A stretch of DNA of 64,000 bases, taken from NCBI RefSeq assembly GCF_009914755.1, contig NC_060936.1. One strand, 5' to 3'. Positions 1-13,753 of this stretch are shown piece after piece; within the stretch, counting starts at the first letter, position 1, and the number at the start of each line of letters is the position of its first letter. The notes under the pieces were generated by a model that saw nothing but the letters and a program-made list of their open reading frames with translations, was not told the origin of the DNA and did no database searches. Origin of the DNA: the human T2T-CHM13v2.0 reference genome, Homo sapiens. The position numbers were made by a program, and so were the translations under genes.

Positions 1-703
1 CTTGGCTATAGTGAATAAAGCTGCTATGAACATGGGTGTCCGAATATCCCTTTGTGACCTTGCTGTCAATTCTTTGGGATATATACACAGATGTGGAACT
101 TCTGGATCATAGGGTTATTCTATGTTCAATTGAGGAATTGTCATACTGTTTTCCACAAAAGCAGTACCATGTTACATTTCCACCAATAGTGCACAAGACT
201 TTCAGTCTCTCCTCATCCTCATCAACATTTGTTATTTTCTGTTTTTTTTTTTTTTTTGGACAGTAACTATCCCAGTGGGTTTGAAGTAATATCTCACTGT
301 GGTTTTGATTTGCTTTTCCCCAATGATTAAGGATGTTGACCATCTTTTCACGTGCTTGTTATTACCCATTTGCACATCTTCTTTGGAGAAATGTCTGTTC
401 ATGTTCTTTGCTCATTTTTAAATTTGTTTATCTTTTTGTGGTTGAGCTGTAGTTGGAGGAATTATTTATATATTCCAGACATTAACACTATAATGGTTAA
501 TTTTATGTGTTTAAGAAATCCTTGCCAAATCCAATGTCACAAAGCTTTTTCGTTATGTTTCTTTCTAAGTATTTTATAGTTTGAGAGGTTTTACATTTAG
601 GTCTTTAATCTAGGTTGCGTTAAATTTGTAGATGGTGTAAGGTAAGGGCCCAACTTCATTCTTTTGTGTGTAGACATACAGTTCTTCTGACACCATTTGT
701 TGA
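1..703 (-). mobile_element. Old L1M (L1MB-like) ORF2/3' fragment, continues beyond window start
   Basis: Antisense L1 motifs such as gtgaataaagctgctatgaacatggg, ctttggagaaatgtctgttc and aaggtaagggcccaacttcattcttttg. Confidence 0.85.
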
Positions 704-1140
704 TGAAATGACTGAACAGTGTCCTCGCAAAAGATATGTGCAAGTTCTAACCCTCAGTACCTTTGAGTGGGACCTTATTTGGAAACAGGGTCTTTGCAGA
801 TGTAGTCAAGTTAAGACCCTAATCTAATGACTGCTGCCCATATAAGAAGAGAGAGATTTGGGAATAGACACGGAAGCAGAGAGAATGCCATCTGATCACA
901 GAGGCAGAGATGGGAGTCATGGATCTAGGCACCAAGGAATGCCAAAGATTGCTGGCAACCACTGGAGGTCAGGAAGAGGCAAAAAAGGATCTTCCCCTAG
1001 AGTCTTAGGAGACAGAGCATGGTTCTGCTAACACATTGATTTCATTCTTCTACCTTGAGAAATGACAGAGGATACTTTACAATGCTTCAAGTGATTCAAG
1101 TTTGTGAAATTTCTAATGGCAGCCCTAGAACGCCAATACA
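701..1140 (+). mobile_element. MLT1 (MLT1C-like) MaLR solo LTR
   Basis: gaccttatttggaaacagggtctttgcagatgta, ccaaggaatgccaaagattgctggcaacc; ends ggcagccctagaacgccaataca. Confidence 0.8.
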
Positions 1141-1994
1141 CTTGGTGTAGAACAATTTTGATTTTAGTTCCCTGGTTCTGGGCCTAGATGTTCACTCTCG
1201 ATGTCTGAGCAAAAGTGTTCTTCTCTTTGCAAGGAAAAGGGAGAAATGGCTGTCAGTTTTGCAATCAGTGATGTCTGCCTTCCAGTCTAAAGAGGTAGAC
1301 TTCCATTTTCTAGCATTAGGGATAAAAGTTGACTCAGATTTATTGTAGAACACTTGGAAAATATACGCAAGCATAAAGAATAAAACAGCAATGAGCAGTA
1401 ATCCCGCCACTCAGAGCCACTGCTAAAGTTTTGTTGTGTATCCTACAGGGCCCTTTTAACATATGTGTGTAATTATTTGCTTTATGTATAAAATGACCCT
1501 CTGCCTCACTTTTATGCCGCTGGATACCTTCCATTTTCCAATTTATTGCTAATATAAGTTTGTTCAATGATAGTCTTCAGTTTGAGAAAACTGGTTTGAA
1601 TATCCCCCCACAGTGGCAATTATTATGATACTTAAGTAGACGCTATATTAAAGGCAGGCTGACGTAGCTGAAATACAGTAAAATCTTAGAAAATTTTTGC
1701 TGAATGAATAAGAAGGTTAGAATTGTCCCAAATGAGGATGTATCAACCTAGACCATATATTGTTTTCAAACTATAACAGCATATAAAGGAAGAATGAAGA
1801 AGGTTGTTAGGACCAGCATGCAGAATGATTTCTTCGTGATTTAAAAATCATAAAAAGCTTTATGATTTTGAATGTTAAATTCACTTGCGTTATCACTGTC
1901 CTTTTAAAGACATTGTCTTCCAAGATAGAACTCTTCAAGGTTGAGGCGCTGGAACGTGTTCATACTTGCACTTAATGTCTAATTCCTAAGGCAC

Positions 1995-3118
1995 TGAGAG
2001 CTCAATATACTCATGCCTCAGCCGATGCTCTTCCACCAGAAACTTGGTCCGCTTCAGGTTTTCTGTCTCAGAGGAAGACAACACCTTCTAGCTAGGTGTT
2101 GAAGCCATAGCCTGAGGCTTCTGAGACATCTCCTCAATCTCCCTGTCCATCCATCACCAAATCCTCTTTATCTTGCCTTCTGAATCCCAGTTTAGTCCAA
2201 ACCTTTCCCTCTATATCCATCACGTCCATCGCAACCCACAAACTCCCTCATTCATGCTGCCATTTTCTCCTGCCTGTGTTTGGGTGATATAAATAGTTTA
2301 CTAATTGGCATTTCCAACTCTAAATCTTATTCAATAATATGTTATTTATACTCCAGCCAGGAAAGGCCCTTACCATGCTTCAGCCCTTTTACCTCAAAAA
2401 AAAAAAAAAAAAAAAGGAAAGAAAAAAACTCCAAAACAACCAACTTTCCAATCAACAAGTGAAGAGACAATCCATAGAATGGGAGAAAAATATTTGCAAA
2501 CTATCCATCTTACAAGGGATTAATTACAAAAATTTATAAGGAGTTCAAACAATGCAACGGCATAAAACAAATAATCTGATTGCCTTGGAACGGCAAAATT
2601 CTTCCATGAGACCCTGAATGACACATATGTTTCGCTCTTCTCCATACACACCGGCACAACACTCTTCTTTGCTCTCTTCTTTGGCCCCACCGACCTGCTT
2701 TCTGATCTGTGTCTGCATGCCCTCTCCTACAGCAGATTCTTTGTGTATGCTATTTCCTCAGCCTAGAACACCCTCTCCCTCCCCTGTTATCCTGGTTCCC
2801 TCCCATTCATCCTTTACATCTCTGATTAAGCACCACTTCCTTGGAGAAGTCTCCTCTGACTTCTCTTAATAAGCCAACCTCAACAATGATAGTTCTTCTG
2901 GTTTTATATCTCTCCTTCATAGCACTTGTCATAGATAAAATTTTATATTTATTTCTGTAATTATTTGATTAAGATCTATCTTTCCTGCCAGATACTGTGC
3001 TTCACAAGGGCATAGACTATGCATGTTTTGTTTACATTTTGATAACAAAACAGTAGTCTTCAGTTCCTAATAGAATGCTTGGAGAGGAGATTATCAAAAA
3101 TACTTGCTGAATGGATGG
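1995..3118 (+). mobile_element. L2 3' region, interrupted at ~2396-2581
   Basis: Degenerate L2 motifs (ccatccatcaccaaatcc, cttccttggagaagtctcctctgac, catagcacttgtc) ending in aaatacttgctgaatggatgg. Confidence 0.7.
2449..2581 (+). mobile_element. Isolated internal L1 ORF2 fragment
   Basis: caatcaacaagtgaagagacaatccatagaatgggagaaaaatatttgcaaactatcc; translates to VKRQSIEWEKNIC-like ORF2 peptide. Confidence 0.75.
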
Positions 3119-3629
3119 CACATATTAGGTGTCCATAATTATAAGATGTGTGCATGAAAGGGAGACAAAATGTATTTAAACAACAGAAAAAAATGCATTG
3201 GACCCTGTAATTGCACTATTCTGAGGGCTCTTCTGTGTGTGAGAGCAAAATCCCTTGAATATTAAGCAACTGACCCTGGGGATTCGGCCAAGGGGCACTT
3301 AGTGGCATTCATTCTAAGTATTCTCAAGGATCTCCACTGAGACACTAGAGTCCCTAAACCATAATGCCCTTCCAAAAATGGCCCTTGGCCCTATTTTCTT
3401 AGGTTTCTTGGACTTCAGAAGAATGGGGTTTTACAACTTCTCTCATTGACAGTTTCTACAGTTTAACCCTCCATTATTCAATGGGCTTCCTTATGTCTAA
3501 TAAAGTTGTTTTCAACCAAGAAGAGGAGCAAAGTTGTAGAAGCATATTATTTTGACATTTATGCACACAGTGAGTGCATAGAATGCAGGCATATGGATAG
3601 ATAGCTAGTGACCATTTTTATGTCTACGT

Positions 3630-4050
3630 AGACCTTTTGCTTTAAAGTCTGATTTTCTTGATAATTATATATTTACACCAACTTTCTTTTGGTTAGAATT
3701 TGATTAGTATAGTATATAACTTTCCAAGCTTTTATTTTCAATATTTTTATGTCCTTATTTTTTAGTTTTTCTTCCCTGACAACACTGGTCTTTTAAATGT
3801 AGAATTTAATTCATTTTCATGGGTTATCACCACTTGTATATTTGAATTCATTTTTTGTGCTTTTCAATTTATTATTTATTTTTGATTTCTATTTACCCAG
3901 GCTTTTAAAGCTTAATTTATTTCTTCTCTGTTTTGTTTTTCTTTGGATGAAATTTTTCTCTCTTCCTTCAATTTTTCTTCTTCTTTTTTAAGAAGTTACG
4001 CACTATTTTTTCTTATTTTCGGTAATTATCCCTGAGATTTTATTTCTAAT
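3630..4050 (-). mobile_element. Ancient L1M fragment (5' part of ORF2)
   Basis: T-rich, aagtctgattttcttgataattatatatttacaccaactttcttttggttag resembles antisense L1M endonuclease region. Confidence 0.55.
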
Positions 4051-5348
4051 GAAGTCCACTGATAAGTTCTTTAATCGTTTAAACTGTTATTGAGCTCTTC
4101 CAAAATGCTAGGAAATAAGAATATACAAGTGAATAAAACAACAGGCTTGAGGACGGTTCAGTCCAGTAAGAGAGGCAGTATTTCTAAGCCAGAGGCAGCA
4201 AGTTCAGGCTGCGGGCTGCCTGCTCCCACATCTTGTCTGTTTATGTCATTGCTAATGGATCCCATTTTTGCTGCAAAGTCTAGATATAGCTTCATAATGC
4301 TGTTAAAAACCAGTGGTTGGAGTTAGCTCTCCAACACAAGGCAAAGCAAAGCAAACACGTATGTGTACACACACGTGTGCACACACATATACTTTAGCCT
4401 TCTCAGGTCAAAAATAAATGAGCTATAGTACCAATCATTAAGTGCTTTATCAGATGCAATGTAAGCAAATGGACCCTTCTATTTGTAGTGACTGAAAGCA
4501 CTTTCGTTTCATTATTCATTGTAGTATTTCTGATTCTATTTTACACGAGGATTTTTAAGTTTGTATCCATGAGAATCAGACCTTGGATTTATGAACAAGT
4601 CTATTATTATTATTATTATTTTTACTATACTGCAATTGCAGGGTAAGCATACTTTGCATACATTTGCATATGTGGCATAATTACTTGATATCTGTGGATA
4701 TGTTTGTATAGGTTAGAAGCTCTGGGGGTGCAGAGTCCGGCTTAACCTTGTCCTATTCTTTACACATGCATGCAGCATGTGTAAACAATATTTTTTTTGC
4801 AACAGATATATTTTTTGCAAACCAGATTAGAACGACTGGAAACAGTTTGGCCTTTGGCTTATTTCCTTCCTAACACAGGGCTTCATCTCCACAATGATTT
4901 TGCTGCTTTCATTATTATCATCTGGCAAGATTTGATTTCAATTCTTGTAAAGGCGAATTTAATGCAAAGTAAATTAGATTCTTTAATGGGATTTTCTTTA
5001 GCATGAATGAGAAATATAAAACGTCAATATCAAATAGCAAATTACTCTTGATTAACTTTTTATTGGTTTAGTTAACAACTGATTGAATACACCTTAGATA
5101 ATTACTTCTATTAATGCTACATCTTGGCATTTTAATTAACTGTTTAAGTGTTCTCATTTTCATTGATTTTATTTTCTTTGGTAAATGAAGTGGGTACCTG
5201 GCTTAGGTATATACCTAGAATCTCAGGGGGAGGAAGTGCGTTTGGGGGGTTCTGTGTTGGACGGAGGTGCTATGTTGATAGTCATTCTTCCAAGGACTGG
5301 AGCAACAGTGAGGGAAATGAGCCCATGAACAATGAAAAAAATTATTCC

Positions 5349-5737
<389 letters not shown>

Positions 5738-5843
5738 CTATGGCTAGAAAGATAAAAGTTTGAAATTGTAAACACCCATGCAAAGGCCTTGTGAGAGTAT
5801 TTGTATTTAGCACTCACAAAACCCATCCGACTAAGTGGTGGTG

Positions 5844-6199
<356 letters not shown>

Positions 6200-6269
6200 T
6201 GATGACATTAAAGCTCACAGAATTTAACAGGAGCTTAGTTTACTTCAAATTCTAAGCCCATATTCTTTT

Positions 6270-6771
6270 AATTAATGCTTATTTTACAGAAAAATCAATC
6301 CTGATATATTACTAATAACTAGAGTCCATAGTTTGTATTAAGGTTCACTCTTTGTAGTGTATAGTTCTATATACACAAAGCATAGTATCATGTATCCATC
6401 ATTATAGTATCCCACAGAACAGTCTCACTGCCGTAAAAATTTGTGTTCCACCTATCCAACCCTCCCTCCCCCAACTCCTAACAACTACCGATGTTTTCAT
6501 TATCTCCACCGTTTTATCTTTTCCAGAATGTCATATACTTGGATCAATACAGTGTGTAGCTATAGCTTTAGACTGGCTTCTTCCACTTAGGAATATGACT
6601 CTCAGTGTCTTCCATGTATTTTTATGGCTCGATAGCTCATTTATTTTTAGTGCTGAATATTATTCCATTGTATGTATGTACCACAGTTTATTTCTTCATC
6701 CATTAAGGGACATCTTGGTTGCTTCCAAGTTTTGGCAATTATGAATAAAGCTGCTATAAACATCTGTGTGC
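6270..6771 (-). mobile_element. L1MC/L1MD-like 3' end
   Basis: Antisense L1M 3'UTR motifs (ccagaatgtcatata, ggttgcttccaagttttggcaattatgaataaagctgc); TSD agcc(c/a)atattctttt at 6255 and 6772. Confidence 0.85.
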
Positions 6772-7017
6772 AGCCAATATTCTTTTTATTATATTAGAAC
6801 TTTTTTTTTTTTTGGAATAAAGATTGCTCTCTCCCTTGGCGGATTTCTGATATCAGCTGAGACATTAATAACTTCCATTTTTCCTATATTTATGGGTTGT
6901 GATGTGTTTGTAAAAGGCAGTGAGAGTGGCCAGCAGGGCAGGCCCCAGCACCGTGGTGGCTAAAAATGAGTGGGAAATCAGACGGTAGAGAAAGAAGAAA
7001 ACAGACAGAATGCAAAC

Positions 7018-7350
7018 CAGAACGTGAAAACAGGCATCCTGGAAAGCAGATCTGCCTGCAGATGTGTTTTGTTTGGTCAGCCTGGTGTTTTAAAAGAAAC
7101 AGAGTTAGTCGCCACCCTATAAATAAAGATGTTTCATGTAAAAATACACAATTCTGGCTTTTACGAAAAAACTAGAAAATCTGCCACTCTTGGGTACACT
7201 TCTGGCATGACGTCATCTGTCTGCACTGAGAGGCAGCTGCCCCATGAACTAGAAGACGTAGTTGCGTGGTTTGTCATGTTGGACCCTCTCCCCACCCCGG
7301 CCCACTTCACAGCATCCACTGGCTCCTATAAGCATTTGAAATTTTCCTAT
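7018..7350 (+). mobile_element. MER102-like hAT-Charlie DNA transposon relic
   Basis: gcagatgtgttttgtttggtc, gaaaaactagaaaatctgccac, ccccggcccacttcac, gcatttgaa match recalled MER102 consensus. Confidence 0.7.
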
Positions 7351-7697
7351 CACAAAGTAAGTCTGCACATCCACCGAAAGTTATGCTCATGTGCAGACTG
7401 TAAACCGAATATTGCTGCTGTCTTGAGTCACAAGAACAGAACCTGTTCCTTCTACACATACTCAACATCAGCTGTGAGTATATAGAAGATAAAAATTAAA
7501 AATGAGGAAACAGAGGCAATACTCAAAATCTGGGGAGGAGTGTCCACGAGAAGAGAAAGGCGGAATGACGCATGCTGGCCTAACAGCACCAAGGCTGAGC
7601 ACCACGGCCGCTCTGCTTTTACACATAAGAGGCCAAAGCTGGTGGAAAGAGAAGCTGAACCTGACGGGAAGGAATGGGTTAATAACTCAACAGGTCA

Positions 7698-8026
<329 letters not shown>

Positions 8027-9803
8027 GAAAGTAGGCACATGGTATCAAGAGGATTGATATGTTTTGATATGTAAGACAGACATATCTTCTGTGGCAATAG
8101 GAAAAAGTTACATACCCAATGCATTATTCTTCAGCAATATGCTAGTTGAGTTCATTTACTGGAAATGAAGGGCCTTTTTAAGGTTCAGAATAAATTATAT
8201 ACTCATCCAGTCATTTATTTTCTGTTCATTAAGCTGGTATCAAAGGTATGAAAACTGTACCAGCTATAATACGGATTTTCTTGTTATGTTTCTTCCTCCT
8301 TAATCAAAAAGATGTTTCAAAAGCCTTCTAAGTAGCTGATTTTATTTTCTGCAAAGTATATATCGGGATATTGCTAAGGTTAAAATTCTGAGAGTCAATG
8401 TACAGGTTTTCTTTGGGAAGTACACAAATTGCTGTCAATTTATATCTTTCTAACTCTTCAAATTTGGGGTTAGTCGTTGGGGTTGGGATTTATAGAGTTT
8501 TTCTACATTTCGGGCCTTGGAGCATGAGTGGGCAGTTCTCACATTTGCCATGGTGAGTGTCACGATCTGGTTCCAAAATGGTGCCATTTATAAGGGACAA
8601 CTAGACCAAACGCCCAACTTGTCCCTCTCTGGCTTTAGGGATTCTCAGCACACGACAGTCTATCTACCGTGGGAAATGGTATTGAAATAGGTCATGCTCT
8701 GGATTTGGCGACTACATGACTTTTCCAGCATTTGGATGACCATAAAAGCCAAATCCTCAGCAGCTTTCTCACCTGTAATAGTGTTCTGTGGCTTCTCATT
8801 CTGTCTTCACAAAGACAGGAGACAAGACGTTGCTACAAATCATGCTGGTAAGAGTCACACGACTGTGGAACAAACGAGAGACACAGTGTTCTTCAGAATG
8901 GAGAGAACAGTCAGGTTCTCAGCCCAACGAGGGTTCTGCTGTCCTTTCCCTTTGTAATGTTAATAGGGGGGTGCCCCCTCACCATCTGAAGTCCAGGTGA
9001 GGAGGTGGCTGGCAAGGAAATAGAAAACGATATGCCCCATAGCTTTTAATTCTGGCTGGATAGAAAAGCATTGCTGAAGTTGGAGGCTGCCAGCTTCAAT
9101 GAGCAGGTTTTTTTTTTTTTTATAATGATAATAATAATAAAACTTGAAAAAACATGAAACTCGGGTACTTGGAAGGCAACAAAGCTCCCAAATGGCAATT
9201 ATACCTTAATAGATAAGTAAGGTTGCAATGATTGAATATTTGCATGCCTTTAGCATAAAATTCAAGCCAAAGCTATCATTGTTCTCTACCTCGATATCAT
9301 TAACTAAGTCTTCTACAAAGAGTAGCAAAGCGCTTTCACATAGATTGGAATATCTAATAATTCTCAGTAATTTTAACTCGGAATTTTAAAACTGACTGCT
9401 GCTGAGGAATCTTTATTTGCTGAAACGTTTGCTGAAGAAAATAGCGTTTGTTCACTTAATGCTGAAACCGTGTCATAGGTGGCTGGTTTCTCTATCAACT
9501 TTATGATAATAAACTCAATATGATCTGCTGATCCCACACTAATTAACTGAACTCTCACGAAAGGACTTCTGCAGAAAGTCTTAAAATAGGGATGTCATTC
9601 TTCCTTGCAAGTAAAATATCCGAAAAGTAAAACAAAGGTAACACTAATGGATTAACTTTCAAATCCAATGCATAACATCCTGGTACTGTAGCATGGAAAT
9701 TTCTGAAATTGCTAGATCCCCTCAATTGCTATTTACTGCTACATAACAAACATAGAAACAGGGGCTGATTTTTTTTTTTTATTAGAGTACTCACTTAAAA
9801 TTT

Positions 9804-10292
9804 TTTTTTAACTTTTAAGTTCAGGGGTAGAAGTGCAGGTTTGTTACACAGGTAGACTTGGGTCATGGGGGTTTGTTGTACAGATTATTTCATCACCCAG
9901 GTATTAAGCCTAGTATCCATTAGTTATTTTTCCCAATTTGCTCCCCCGCTCCACCCTCCACCCTCTGTTAGACCCTATCGTCTGCTGTTCCCCTCTCTGT
10001 GCCCATCTGTTGTCATCATTGTGAGAACATGCAGTATTTGCTTTTCTGTTTCCACAATACTTTGCTATAAGGATAACGGCCTCCAGCTCCACCCATGTTC
10101 CTGAAAAGGACATAGTCTTGTTCTTTTTTTATGGTTGCATAGTATTCCATGGTGTATATGTACCACTTTATATACTCAAAGGAATATAAATCATTCTATT
10201 ATAAAGACCCATGTAGGCATATGTTCACAACACCAAAGACATGGAATCAACCCAAGTGCCCATCAGTGATAGACTGGATAAAGAAAACGTGG
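9804..10292 (-). mobile_element. L1PA15/16-like 3' end with 5' inversion
   Basis: Antisense 3'UTR 9804-10166, sense piece ~10169-10292; TSD cacttaaaattt at 9792 and 10293. Confidence 0.9.
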
Positions 10293-10605
10293 CACTTAAA
10301 ATTTCTTTTCAGGTGATGTCGGTGATCAGAGGAACTATCTCATCCTCAAAGATCCCGGGATATTGTATACAGCTCATTAAGCAATAATGAAATCAGCTTG
10401 GGACCTGCCAGGAGCCTGGGCCAGCGTAGATGCTTTGTAATGTTTTACAATATTGAATGGGCACTGAATTGTAAATTTAAAAAATCATGTTTACAATTGG
10501 CACTTCCTACAGATACCCTAAGGTGCCTTCCAAGTCTCCCTTGACTTCATGAGCTCCCATCCTCCTTCATATCTAGGCACCTTGCAGTTGCTTAAAGAAT
10601 GATTT

Positions 10606-10779
10606 TTAGCACATACTATTATACTATCTGCAATTATCATGCCCATTTGTTAGTTTGCTCACCATCGGTCTTGCCCTCCTAAAGGATGCACAGACAAGAA
10701 AGAAGGGAACAGAGAACACGCAGTGAGGGAATGAGGTGGCAGGCACTTGGGTGACAGTTGTGTTGTCCAGGTAAGGTTG
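10606..10779 (+). repeat. Dispersed ~175-bp direct repeat, copy A (partly L2-derived)
   Basis: Aligns by eye to 17442-17613 with ~15 substitutions and 2 small indels. Confidence 0.95.
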
Positions 10780-10780
10780 A

Positions 10781-10910
10781 CATTCATTCATTCATTCACT
10801 TATTCATTTAGTCATTCGACAAATATATATTGAATCCCTACTAAGTGCCAGTCTTGGTAATAGCGCAGGTAGACAGTCAAGGCTCCTGCCCAAGGGAGAT
10901 TTATCCATTT
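10781..10910 (-). mobile_element. L2 3' end
   Basis: (CATT)n followed by aaatatatattgaatccctactaagtgccag. Confidence 0.6.
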
Positions 10911-11051
10911 CCATGTCAGTCAGGAGTCTCAGTTACAATAACAGATATTTACTTCGGCCGATGGAGACAGAAAAAGAGTTTAATTGAAAAGACCCCGAGT
11001 AGCTCACAGAATCGCTGTGAACATCTGAGAACCACATTTGGAAAAGGAACC

Positions 11052-11500
11052 GTGGATCAGCCAGGGTCCCAGTGGAAGCAGACGGCACACTCAGGATAAT
11101 TTGAAGCAAGTTTAACAAGAGCTTAACAAAAATGTTAGCAGGGTGTGACAAGGGCAGGAACAGCAGGCCCCGTGACCTTAAAGGGCAAGGGGAGAATGTC
11201 ATTACCAGAATCCAGAGACCAGAGAGAGCCTTGTAGAGGAGGTGGGCGTACCCCGCTGAGACCTCCAATCAGAGGAGCAAGCCACCCAGACGAGACTCTG
11301 CAAGGAGGTAGGCTGGGTACCAGATGCCCCAAATGGAGACATCAAGGAGACAGCAATGGAGACGTCAAGGGAAACCCTGCAAGAATGCAGGCGGGGTAGC
11401 AAATACCCCAATTACAGCCTCCTCCTGCCCTCACACCTCCTCTGGCTCTTCTCAATGACCGAGCCCAACCAGAAGCCAACAGGGCAAAGGAATTCATGGC
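11052..11500 (-). mobile_element. LTR33-like ERVL LTR
   Basis: cagacggcacactcaggataatttga and gagcccaaccagaagccaacagggcaaagg; reverse-complement similarity to the copy at 24092. Confidence 0.6.
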
Positions 11501-12317
11501 TAAGAAAATGAGACTGACATCACAATGTATGTATCACAATTCTATGCAGATACGTTCTAGGTCCTTCAAAGTTCTCATCTGTTTCCATTAAAGAGAAAGT
11601 TATCTATTTTATTGCTCAATATATTCCTGGAAATTCTTCTTTTGGAATTACCTACAGAGTAAAACAATTTATTATTCGTGTAAATTGCGTGGAGACCAGC
11701 ACTCACTTCAATTTCCTCAACAGCGCCAATCCTTCCTAACTCTGATCCTCCTGTATCTCTGACAAGGCTTTGGGATGAACCAGAACACCCCTGTGCGTGG
11801 TGGATAAACAGCTGTGAGGACTTCAACTGTCCTTCCTCTTAGATAGAACATCCACTCATGCTTAATACAATGTGTGATTCACTCATTTTCTCTAGGGGTT
11901 TGTTCAAAGTGATTTAATGACAGAGCTGCCCACACGCATGGGATTGTTCCAGTGGCTGAGTCTGGGGAGGATGACCAAGCCCTCCAAAGACAAGAACATG
12001 AGCTCCACTGGAGTCTGGCTCTGGTCTTTTGGGGCAGTTCTTACCTATCCATGCTCATGAAGTGGGAGAATGTAGTGAGATACCAAATCATACTATTTCC
12101 ATGCCCAGGATTTCCTTGTGCAGAGGAATAATGTTTTAAATAGAGGCAGTTTATGTCAGCAGGTGCATACGGTGGTATTGTGTATAATCAAAATTCATTC
12201 TGAAGATGTGCTTAGTTGCACATACGTTTTATTTTGCATGGTTCACTGTGCAGCCTTGTGCAGCAATCACCATGCATGCTAAAATTTGGAAACACTGAGC
12301 AAGACTAAAGAAGAGAA

Positions 12318-12659
<342 letters not shown>

Positions 12660-12869
12660 TCATTGAAACTCTTCTGCTTTGAGTTAATTATCATATCCCT
12701 TACCCGAGGAAGGATGGATAAAAAACTCTAAAGTGTTCCTGTTTGCCTGCAGGCATCTCGGCATTCAATTTTATACTAAGCCCCTAAACTTTAAAGCTCG
12801 TTCAAATTTGTTTCTTTTTGAAGACTAAATAGGTTAGAGGAGTTGCATGCAGCATGAGTATTTAAGTTA

Positions 12870-13313
12870 GTGTTTTTGACAACGTATGGCTCTCAATTAA
12901 CTCCATGCTCCTCTTCTTTCGGGCCACAAAGTTGGAAAACATTTCCCAGCTTCCTTTGCTGTGGGGTGTGGTCATGTGTCTAAGAATGGAATAGGAGGGA
13001 ATAATGTGTCCTATTTCAGGACCAGGGCCTTTCAGAGAGCAAGTGAGTCTACTCCATGTTCTTTTTCTACTTCTGCTAGTTGGACCTTGGATGCAGTGAC
13101 CCCTTGATCATCAGGCAACAATGAGGTATTGTGGGAAGGCAGAAACACAAGGTGGAAGGAACCTAGGCTCTTGAATCACCCTGTGGATGGGAGTTCCTTG
13201 GTAACTGGAACACCCACCCTATACTTTTATGAAAAATAAACCCCTATTGTGTTTGAGACATTGCATTTGGGGACTTACTTGTTAGAGCAGTTTGGTTTAG
13301 CCTAGCTAAAATA
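12870..13313 (+). mobile_element. MLT1J-like MaLR LTR
   Basis: catttcccagcttcctttgctgtggggtgtggtcatgtg, ggaaggaacctaggctcttgaatcacc, aaataaacccctattgtg. Confidence 0.7.
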
Positions 13314-13753
13314 TGTATATTCAAATCATATACATGTTCAATAATAATTTGTGTATCTGGATCTACATGAGTAGTTAAGATCCTTTCTGGCTTTTATATT
13401 TCAAATTCACAAAACCTTAGAAATGCAGGATTGTTTAAAATAAAACCAAAAGATGGAGCTGGGACATAAACATACCATCTCAGCCCAATAAAGAAGGAGG
13501 AATAATATAGGCTGTGGGCAAAATGTTTTGTCTAAAAGCAGAGGATTGGGTGTGGGCTTTGCTCCTCCCACCTGAGGTGGAGGAGCAATTTCCTTGGGTG
13601 TTGGATAATAAAAGAGAGAAGATGAGTTTTGCTCCTCAAGGTTCCTGGTGAAACTTCTTCCTAAGTGGGAAGCAGCAAGAATCCAGATCACTAGCTGGTG
13701 GTGAAGCCAGGAAGATAAGACCCAGAATTGTCTCTCAGAAAGATTCTACATTC

